Shown one piece after another: positions 8,005 to 15,580 of a DNA stretch of 64,000 bases; position 1 is the stretch's first letter; every line of letters starts with the position of its first letter. The translations under genes were made by a program, and so were the position numbers. The DNA comes from Melioribacter sp. (lineage in GTDB: Bacteria > Bacteroidota > Ignavibacteria > Ignavibacteriales > Melioribacteraceae). Location: NCBI GenBank assembly GCA_023250955.1, contig JAHEZQ010000022.1:4958-68957 (forward strand). The letters run 5' to 3'. The notes beneath the pieces are model-generated. The model searched no databases, was not told the origin of the DNA, and saw only the letters and a list, made by a program, of their open reading frames with translations.

Positions 8005-9681
8005 ATGCAGGCAATCGGACTAACATTCATAGATTGGGTAATTATACTGATCTACTTTGCATTTGTTCTCGGTATCGGGTGGTATCTAAGAAGATTCACA
8101 AAAAATGAAGAGGATTTTTTCCTTGCCGGAAGAAAAAATTCTTCATGGGTAGCCGGACTCGCTTTTCTTTCCGCAAATCTTGGTGCACTCGAACTTTTAG
8201 GAATGACAGGCAACACTTTTAAGTATGGAATGTACGTTGCTCATTTTTATTGGATCGGTGCAATTCCCGCCATGGTCTTCCTCGGAATTTACATGATGCC
8301 TTTCTATTATAGCAGCAAGATCAAATCAGTTCCGGGTTATTTAAAATTAAGATTTGATGAAAAGACGCGCGTACTAAACGGTTTTGCTTTTGCAATTATG
8401 ACCTTGCTCGTTTCCGGAATTAATCTTTACGCAATGGCTCTTGTGCTTCATACATTTCTCGGCTGGAATTGGGATTACGCAATGTGGGCTTCTGCAATTA
8501 CTGTTGCCGGTTACGTGGGATTAAGCGGATTAATGTCCGCGATCTTTACAGAGATAATTCAATTCTTCTTGATCTGGTTTGGATTGTTTCTTGTTTCCAT
8601 TTTTGGAATTCTTGAAATCGGAAGTCTAAAAGAAATTATGGCAAGGATAAATGAATTTGGTTCCCAAGGTTCATTTACAACACTTTGGTCAACTTCTTCC
8701 AACCCGATGCAGAACGGAATGTTAGTTCATTGGGGAGGAATTGTATTAGGACTTGGTTTTGTTTTATCGTTCGGTTATTGGACTACAGATTTTCTTGTTG
8801 TACAGAGAGCATTCTCTGCAAAAGATTTACGGTCGGCAAGAATGACTCCTTTGCTTGCTTCGTTTTTCAAAATGGCTTTACCGTTTCTAGTTATACTTGC
8901 CGGATTAATAGCAATTGCGCTTTCGATGGATCCTAACAGCGGATTTAAATTATTAAATGACGGAGGACAAGTAAATTATGATTCCGCACTTCCTCTTTTG
9001 ATCGCACGATATTATCCATCCGGTTTGGTTGGATTAGGTGTAACAGCTTTGCTTGCCGGATTTATGGCCGGGCAAGCGGGAAACATCAGCGCATTCAACA
9101 CTGTTTGGACTTACGATATTTATAAATCTGTTCTGAATAAAAAAGCTACGGATTCACATTTACTTTGGATGGGACGCGTTTCTACAATTGTTGGAGTTTT
9201 AATTTCTCTCGGAACAGCATACTGGGCAAAAAGTTTTCCAAGCATAATGGATTATATGCAGGCAATTTTTTCCTGGGTGAACGCGCCTCTGTTTGCAACA
9301 ATGCTTCTTGGAATGTTTGTATGGTGGATAACACCTAACGGTGCTTTCTGGGGATTAGTAACAGGAATGACTTCATCATTTTTTATGTGGATGGCAGTTA
9401 GGTTTCATTGGTTCCATGAAAGTATAATTACAATGTCCGGCGTTCAAAGTGATATGGCGGCAAATTTTTGGCGTGCCTGGTGGGCTTGGGTAATTTGTGC
9501 TGTTGTTACAATTGTGATTAGTCTCTTCACTAAAAGAAAACCGAAAGAGGAATTGATTGGTTTAGTTAAAGGATTGACCGATCAAAAACATGATCAGCAT
9601 TTGCCGTTTGTTAAACGTCCCGAGTTTGTTGCGATTATTGCTCTGATAGTATTAGTGATTCTAAACTTATTATTCTGGTAA
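8005..9681 (+). CDS. sodium:solute symporter (SSS) family transporter
   Basis: 558 aa, about 13-14 hydrophobic segments, typical SSS N-terminal region (FFLAGRKNSSWVAGLAFLSANLGA). Substrate unknown; a sugar is plausible from the gal/PPP context. Confidence 0.8.
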   Translation: MQAIGLTFIDWVIILIYFAFVLGIGWYLRRFTKNEEDFFLAGRKNSSWVAGLAFLSANLGALELLGMTGNTFKYGMYVAHFYWIGAIPAMVFLGIYMMPFYYSSKIKSVPGYLKLRFDEKTRVLNGFAFAIMTLLVSGINLYAMALVLHTFLGWNWDYAMWASAITVAGYVGLSGLMSAIFTEIIQFFLIWFGLFLVSIFGILEIGSLKEIMARINEFGSQGSFTTLWSTSSNPMQNGMLVHWGGIVLGLGFVLSFGYWTTDFLVVQRAFSAKDLRSARMTPLLASFFKMALPFLVILAGLIAIALSMDPNSGFKLLNDGGQVNYDSALPLLIARYYPSGLVGLGVTALLAGFMAGQAGNISAFNTVWTYDIYKSVLNKKATDSHLLWMGRVSTIVGVLISLGTAYWAKSFPSIMDYMQAIFSWVNAPLFATMLLGMFVWWITPNGAFWGLVTGMTSSFFMWMAVRFHWFHESIITMSGVQSDMAANFWRAWWAWVICAVVTIVISLFTKRKPKEELIGLVKGLTDQKHDQHLPFVKRPEFVAIIALIVLVILNLLFW

Positions 9682-9695
9682 AAGGAGATTATAAA

Positions 9696-9911
9696 ATGAC
9701 GGAACATAAAATGAAACCGATTTGGTTCTTTGTAGGGCTAATTTTATTGGTAATGGGCGGAATAATATTTCTAACCGGAATATTTCAGATTATTATTCCA
9801 TCTGAACGGGTAACAGTACTTAGTAACACGCATCCTAATATTTGGTGGGGTGCTGTAATGTTTTTATTCGGCGGATTTATGTTTTGGAAAACAAGAAAGC
9901 AGACTGTGTAG
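9696..9911 (+). CDS. small two-TM membrane protein
   Basis: 71 aa with two hydrophobic helices. AGGAGA RBS, 14 nt after the symporter stop. Confidence 0.45.
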   Translation: MTEHKMKPIWFFVGLILLVMGGIIFLTGIFQIIIPSERVTVLSNTHPNIWWGAVMFLFGGFMFWKTRKQTV

Positions 9912-9950
9912 TTAATATCACTTGCTATCACTGCTGGACTGTGACAGCTT

Positions 9951-10144
9951 GTAAACAACGGCGTTGCAACTAAACCGCCGCCCAGAACAGCAATGCAACT
10001 TTGATAAACTAACGCCAATGATTTTATAAATACTTTTTTATTGCAACCTACCTTTAAGAGCAACCAACTTTTACAATGCAACTTTATTACCTAATAAATG
10101 CCGCTATGTTTAAAGCGGACGGCTTGAAGAACTTGTTAGCTGCA
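9951..10144 (-). repeat. attC-like long junction element, copy 1 (3' frame of locus A)
   Basis: In gene orientation: TGCAGCTAAC AAGTTCTTCAAGCCGTCCGCTTTAAACATAGCGGCATTT ... GGGCGGCGGTTTAGTTGCAACGCC GTTGTTTAC. Homologous to 53296-53487 (last 39 nt 34/39 identical) and more distantly to 54786-54959. Confidence 0.75.
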
Positions 10145-10780
10145 TTCACCTTTAGATTTTACTTTTTCATCAAGTAACGCTTTATAAGTCAATTTTTCCT
10201 TTATTAATTCAGCTATTATTTTTTGTGAACTTTCGTTATTTGCGGCAACATTTGATACCTCAAATTCTGCTATTCGTAGCGTTGGATTTAAACCATTTAC
10301 TGATGGTAACAAATCTCTAAAACAATCAAGATATGCCCTTTGAGCTGTTCGTCCACCAACAAAATTAAAATCAACAGTAGTTTTTGATTTTCTATACTTA
10401 TCAGCTTCAACTTTGTGCACATTACAAAGTAATTTGTATTTTTTTATATCGAAAGCCGTAGCCAGTTCATTGGGATAACAATCAAGAGTTTTTAACCGAT
10501 ATGAACTAAAATGCTGATATTCATCAAACTCAAAAATGAAATTATAATCACCACCGAAATATGCATCACAATCAAGTGACACATTTTTTTTGTTCTGATT
10601 TGCTTTTATATCACCTTTCAACGTATCGAATATTTTTGAAATAACTTGGAAATGATGTCCAAAATATTCTTCGCTATGTTTATTTATGAACCAAGGAAAA
10701 GTAATATTCGTTTGTGCTGACACATTTAATACTTTTGCGACTATTTCTGTTATTAATTTTTGTTTATCACCAACTGGCAT
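10136..10780 (-). CDS. hypothetical protein, possible restriction-endonuclease-like fold
   Basis: 214 aa. LDCDAYFGGDYNFIFEFDEYQH resembles the D...E-x-D-x-x-H arrangement of Vsr/DUF559-like nucleases (weak, by eye). GAGG RBS. Same module as the DUF2130-like gene. Confidence 0.35.
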   Translation of the reverse strand: MPVGDKQKLITEIVAKVLNVSAQTNITFPWFINKHSEEYFGHHFQVISKIFDTLKGDIKANQNKKNVSLDCDAYFGGDYNFIFEFDEYQHFSSYRLKTLDCYPNELATAFDIKKYKLLCNVHKVEADKYRKSKTTVDFNFVGGRTAQRAYLDCFRDLLPSVNGLNPTLRIAEFEVSNVAANNESSQKIIAELIKEKLTYKALLDEKVKSKGECS

Positions 10781-10844
10781 ATTACCTCAAAATTTTTAAG
10801 TGAGAATATTTTTTTAATATCACACGTTTACGATAAATTGTAGC

Positions 10845-12104
10845 CTATTCTAATTGTTTATTGCTGTCTTCAAGTTGTTTAACTTCTTGAGTAAGTGAAT
10901 CAATTGCAATTCCATCTACTCGACCCCAAAAATTAATTACACTTTGCTTGGCTTGGAAAATATGCGCTTCTCTTTCTGCAAATCTTTTCAATGATTCTTC
11001 TTTCTCTTTTTGTAGTGATTTATCCATTTTTTTAAATGCATCAAGAATTCCAATTATATGATTTTGAAAATCACTGCTTCTTAGATAGTCGTAAAGCATT
11101 TCCATTTTTGTGCCCTTATCAGTTTGCGAAGCTAAAGCCGAATATTGTTTAATTAATCCATCTCTTAATAGCGTTGTCATTATTTTAATATCATTTAAAT
11201 TACAAACCCATACTCCATCTCTGAAGTGTGTTTCTTTATTATCCGTTGGCATTGTTTGCGAAACTATTACACAAATGTCCGCCTTAACTCGACGACCATC
11301 ATCTTTGAGTTTTGAAACCCAATCTTTTCCAAATGTCTGAGTTTGTTTTCTTTCATATAGTATAATCCCACTTGGCTGACCAACATTATTTTTCACAACT
11401 TGAAGAATATCTGCACCGGTAACACCGGAAGGAACATCTTTTATCTCATCAATAGGAAAGCTATATCTTAGAAAATCTCGAAGCTCGATTTCTTTAACTT
11501 CACCAGATAATTTGTTTGAACCTTGCTCTAGTTTTGTTTGAGCATCTTCAAGTCGTTTGTTTAAATCATCAATTAGTTTATCTCGTTTTTGAAGCTCTGT
11601 CTTGCTCTTTTCAGTCTCGGTCACTTTTATTTTTTCTTTTTCTTGCAAAAGAAGTTCATTGAATTTCTTTTCGGCATCAGCCTCAATCTTATCTTTTAAT
11701 TCAGATTTCTCTCTTTGAACCCTTGCTAGTTCGCCCTTTGTTTTGTTTAGCTCTTTTACTTGTTCTGACTTTTGCTGCAATTCAGTTTCAAGCGCTTTTA
11801 GTTGTTCTGATTTTTCTTCATCAATTTGTTGACGAACAGTTTTTTCGATTTTTGTTTTTTCTATCTTGAGTTTACCTTGAACTTGTTTTTCAACAAGTTC
11901 AGTAAGTTTTTCCTTTTCTTTTTCTAATTCTTTTTTGTCGGATTCAATTTCTTGAAACTTAGATTGAAGTTCTTTCTCTTTTTTGACAATTTTTTTGTCA
12001 TAGTCTTTCTTAATTTGTGTTTCAAGTTGGTCATAAAGAACATCATTAACATTAATTGCAGCACCACATTCTGGACATTTGATAAAATTATCTTTCTCGC
12101 TCAT
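10845..12104 (-). CDS. DUF2130-like protein: CxxC knuckle, long coiled coil, C-terminal PD-(D/E)xK nuclease-like domain
   Basis: 419 aa. N-terminal KCPECG, about 200 aa of K/E-rich heptad-like sequence, then GADILQVV...GIILYERK (D...ExK). Paralog of 53513..54751. Confidence 0.7.
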   Translation of the reverse strand: MSEKDNFIKCPECGAAINVNDVLYDQLETQIKKDYDKKIVKKEKELQSKFQEIESDKKELEKEKEKLTELVEKQVQGKLKIEKTKIEKTVRQQIDEEKSEQLKALETELQQKSEQVKELNKTKGELARVQREKSELKDKIEADAEKKFNELLLQEKEKIKVTETEKSKTELQKRDKLIDDLNKRLEDAQTKLEQGSNKLSGEVKEIELRDFLRYSFPIDEIKDVPSGVTGADILQVVKNNVGQPSGIILYERKQTQTFGKDWVSKLKDDGRRVKADICVIVSQTMPTDNKETHFRDGVWVCNLNDIKIMTTLLRDGLIKQYSALASQTDKGTKMEMLYDYLRSSDFQNHIIGILDAFKKMDKSLQKEKEESLKRFAEREAHIFQAKQSVINFWGRVDGIAIDSLTQEVKQLEDSNKQLE

Positions 12105-12124
12105 AATAATGACTCCAATTTAAT

Positions 12125-12149
12125 TGCAGCTAACGGCTTGTTATAGCGC
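12125..12149. other. short module junction TGCAGCTAAC-GGCTT-GTTATAGCGC
   Basis: The right inverted-repeat arm of the DUF2130-A module and the left arm of the OLD module are separated by only 5 nt. Confidence 0.8.
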
Positions 12150-12152
12150 TAC

Positions 12153-13934
12153 TTAAGAATATATTTTAATTATCTTTTCCTTAAAACCTTGTTTAATAAC
12201 AAAATCATCCGCATCAACTTTCTTCAAAGCAAAGAATGGTTTACTTTTATTAGACTTATCAGTTATTCCAATTTCTTCTTCTATATCATTTTCTAATATG
12301 ATAGTGCTACCGTAATTTTTATCTATTGCATCTTCTATACGTTTGGAAGATTTATCAGCACTTGCAATACCATCTGGTTTTTTATCTGCTTGATGGTCTT
12401 TGTCATAAATTGCTATATAGGGTAAGCGGAATTTATTTAGTAATTCTATATATGGAACAAAAGCGTCTTTACTTCCACATTCAATCAGAGTATAATCATA
12501 CCTAAAAATATTTAGTTGTTTTGCTAAGAAAGGAATAACTGTTTTATCGGAAGGACCTTCAACTAAAACAACCTTTTTTGAGAAAAATAATTCACTTCTA
12601 TCCGGATTAAACCAGTGGACAAGATTAAAATTCTTCTTGTCATCGACATCTGAAAATAAGTCTGTTTTGCATTGAAATATTGTTGTGCCAGCGGTATCAT
12701 TTTCTTTTTTCACAATACAAATTGACTTATACATATTCATATCAATAAATGAACTTGAATGAGTGCAAAGCAATATTTGATTGTCAGAAGCAGAAAGTAA
12801 AACCAACGATGAAAACAACTCTCTTTGTGCTTGCGGATGCAAGTATAACTCTGGTTCTTCAAAAATGAAATACGCGGAATTAGACGTTTGCCTAATAGGA
12901 CGATCTTCCTCTGGCGTGGTAGTAGCATTTTCTCTTTCTTCTCTAATAATATTTGCCCAAGTTTTAATTAACGCAAATATTAGTGCCCTTTGTAAGCCGT
13001 GCCCCTTTCTTGAAATATCTGTTTTAATGCCATCATTTACCCAAACAGAAGTTCCAACTTTGAAAACATCATCAAAATTAGGTGGAGTTATTTCAACATC
13101 TATTTTAGTATTCCAAGATGATAATTCTCGTTCGAGACGTTGTTCAAATAGATTTAGTTCTGGTGGACGAGCTGTGTTTGCATTTCCATTCTCATCAATT
13201 TTATTTAATGAGTTTACCATTGTAACGATTTTATTCTTTGCGTCTTTGTAATCTTGGTTTGTCTCAGACAATTTTTGAATTACAGAAGAATATAATTGGT
13301 TAAAGAGTGTGCTTCCTTTCAGATTCAATTCTTCTGAAGCCGACTTGACGGATGGGATATAAAACACTGAACCAAATATTCCTTTTGCAACATTTTTAAG
13401 ACCCAAAAAGTTGGTAGTCTCTAATTCGTAAGAAAAAGTAATAGCAGTATGATTTTGTTCAATGTATTGGTTTATAGCATTAATAAATATTTCTTTAGTG
13501 ATTCTTCCATCGGCAGGGATTAAATTATATAAAGGTAGCTGACTTGCCGTTTCTCTTTTTAAATAGTTTGAAACATTTTCTTCTTTCAGCCATTCTTCAT
13601 TCGGATTTTGTATGTAACCATTATAAGAAAATTGACCAGATTTATTTGCGGTTTTTCTAACCCTAATTTCATTTTCAGATGTCAGATATTTCTTAAACTG
13701 ATTCTTATCAAAATCATCCAAATTAGAAAATGTTACTTCGACAAATAATTCATCAGAATTTTGGTTGAAATCAAGTTCATCATGTTTGATTTCTCCAAAG
13801 AAATACAACAAGGCGGAAAGTAGATTTGATTTACCGTGATTATTTTGACCGATGAAAATCATTACTTTTTCGTAATCAAGTTCAATCTCTCTTATAGAAC
13901 GCCAATTTTTAATATGAACATTTTTAATAACCAT
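12153..13934 (-). CDS. OLD-family nuclease (ABC-type ATPase fused to Toprim domain), P2 Old-like class 1 architecture
   Basis: 593 aa. Walker A GQNNHGKS, Walker B/D-loop FIFEEPELYLHP, H-loop CTHS. C-terminal Toprim VVLVEGPSDK ... IAIYDKDH. No helicase partner gene. Confidence 0.8.
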   Translation of the reverse strand: MVIKNVHIKNWRSIREIELDYEKVMIFIGQNNHGKSNLLSALLYFFGEIKHDELDFNQNSDELFVEVTFSNLDDFDKNQFKKYLTSENEIRVRKTANKSGQFSYNGYIQNPNEEWLKEENVSNYLKRETASQLPLYNLIPADGRITKEIFINAINQYIEQNHTAITFSYELETTNFLGLKNVAKGIFGSVFYIPSVKSASEELNLKGSTLFNQLYSSVIQKLSETNQDYKDAKNKIVTMVNSLNKIDENGNANTARPPELNLFEQRLERELSSWNTKIDVEITPPNFDDVFKVGTSVWVNDGIKTDISRKGHGLQRALIFALIKTWANIIREERENATTTPEEDRPIRQTSNSAYFIFEEPELYLHPQAQRELFSSLVLLSASDNQILLCTHSSSFIDMNMYKSICIVKKENDTAGTTIFQCKTDLFSDVDDKKNFNLVHWFNPDRSELFFSKKVVLVEGPSDKTVIPFLAKQLNIFRYDYTLIECGSKDAFVPYIELLNKFRLPYIAIYDKDHQADKKPDGIASADKSSKRIEDAIDKNYGSTIILENDIEEEIGITDKSNKSKPFFALKKVDADDFVIKQGFKEKIIKIYS

Positions 13935-13954
13935 TTGTTCCTCAAATTAAATAT

Positions 13955-14181
13955 GCGCTATAACTATTAATTAACCCGCCAAAAAGAAGGCGGACAAGCC
14001 CGCCAACGGATAGCATGGTGGAAGTTGTTTATCTACTTGTAAATTATTTGTTTTTATTTCATTACAAAAAGCAGAAAAGGAAAATCTATTTTCTTTGTTC
14101 TATGTATCTAAACAAAGTACCCCATTTATAGAAGCGTTTTTGGTACTAATTTAACTTAGTGTAAAAGAAAATTTTAGTCAA
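13955..14181 (-). promoter_or_regulatory. conserved 5' frame of locus A: promoter-like boxes plus structured leader
   Basis: Gene orientation: TTGACT (14181-14176), 17 nt, TAAGTT (14158-14153). The leader has stems AGTACC/GGTACT (14116-14147) and CTTTGTT/AACAAAG (14093-14117). It ends GGCGGGTTAATTAATA-GTTATAGCGC. Homologous to 55795-55992. Confidence 0.6.
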
Positions 14182-14422
14182 CCGTTTTCTTGACCCAGCC
14201 AAAAAGATCCGTCAAAAAGATGCCGGACAAGCGGCGGGCAAGCTCACCCGCCCGGATTAACCGGGCACCCTCTCCTTTGTAAGGAGAGGATGGGGTGAGG
14301 TTCTTAGTTGTAAAGACGGGATATATCCCGTTTCTACGTTTTAATTTGTTGTGTTATATCATGGAATAATTGTAATCAAAACAGATATTAAATAAGTTGT
14401 AATAACTAAAATTTAAGAAAAT

Positions 14423-15580
14423 ATGTTATCCAAACTTGTCACACAAAAATTTCAAGAATTATTTAATGAGAAACCCCTGCTTGTCCGCTCACCCGGAAGA
14501 GTAAATCTAATTGGAGAGCATACAGATTATAATGAAGGATTTGTTCTTCCCGCCGCAATTGATAAAGCAATTTACTTTGCAATTTCTCCGCGCAATGATG
14601 AGAAATGTAATTTATTTGCTCTAGATATGAACGACAGTTTTCAGTTCTCAGTTAACAGTTTGCAGTTTACAGAAAAGCATTGGCCAAATTATTTGATGGG
14701 TGTTGTTGATCAGATTTTAAAACTCGGTTGCAATCTCAAAGGATTTAATTGTGTCTTCGGCGGAGATATTCCTATCGGTGCAGGTATGTCCTCATCAGCA
14801 GCAATTGAAGCGGGATTGGCATTCGCACTTAATCACATTTATAATTTAGGAATTGATAAATTATCACTTGTAAAACTTGCACAGAAAGCCGAGAATGAAT
14901 TCGTCGGTGTTAACTGCGGTATAATGGATCAGTACATAAATATTTTTGGGAAGTCCGGGAACGTACTTCGTATTGATTGCCGCTCGCTTGAGTATGATTA
15001 TTTCCCTTTCGATTACAAAGATATTTCCATTGTCTTATTTGATACTGGCGTCTCACACTCTTTGGCTTCATCGGAATATAATCAAAGAAGAAAGGAATGC
15101 ACTTTAGGAGTTGAGTTAATAAAAAAAGATCATAATCAAATAAAAAGTTTGCGGGATGTAACTTTAACAATGTTGAACGGTTATAAAAATAAATTAGATT
15201 CAAAAATATTCCGGCGCTGTAAATATGTTGTGGAAGAAAATGATAGAATGATGAAAGCATGTGAATCATTAAATAAGAAAGACTTGAAATCATTCGGTAC
15301 GCTTATGTATCAAACTCATGAAGGTTTGAGCAAAGATTACGAAGTAAGCTGTAAAGAATTAGATTATTTGGTGGAGCTTACAACTAATAACCCCGGAGTT
15401 TACGGTGCAAGAATGATGGGTGGCGGGTTCGGCGGTTGTACAATCAATCTTATCGAAAATAAAATTGTAGATGAGACTAAGAAAATTATTTCTGAGAAGT
15501 ATAAACAAAAATTCAATATAGATTTGAAAACATACATTACTTCAATTGGTAATGGTACAAGTGTAATGGATGAGAATTAA
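14423..15580 (+). CDS. galK: galactokinase
   Basis: 385 aa. GEHTDYNEG and GAGMSSSAA GHMP-kinase motifs. Confidence 0.92.
   Translation: MLSKLVTQKFQELFNEKPLLVRSPGRVNLIGEHTDYNEGFVLPAAIDKAIYFAISPRNDEKCNLFALDMNDSFQFSVNSLQFTEKHWPNYLMGVVDQILKLGCNLKGFNCVFGGDIPIGAGMSSSAAIEAGLAFALNHIYNLGIDKLSLVKLAQKAENEFVGVNCGIMDQYINIFGKSGNVLRIDCRSLEYDYFPFDYKDISIVLFDTGVSHSLASSEYNQRRKECTLGVELIKKDHNQIKSLRDVTLTMLNGYKNKLDSKIFRRCKYVVEENDRMMKACESLNKKDLKSFGTLMYQTHEGLSKDYEVSCKELDYLVELTTNNPGVYGARMMGGGFGGCTINLIENKIVDETKKIISEKYKQKFNIDLKTYITSIGNGTSVMDEN

Noticed and set aside
12153-13934. Gabija GajA or PARIS AriA/AriB assignment for the OLD-family gene
   Set aside because: No UvrD/GajB-like helicase is adjacent. The ATPase and Toprim parts are fused in one protein rather than split as in PARIS. 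It is better described as a class 1 (P2 Old-like) OLD protein in a new context.
9951-14181. Ordinary IS element or composite transposon explanation for locus A
   Set aside because: There is no transposase or integrase ORF inside. The inverted repeats differ from module to module instead of being identical termini. The two outer frames are not inverted copies of each other.
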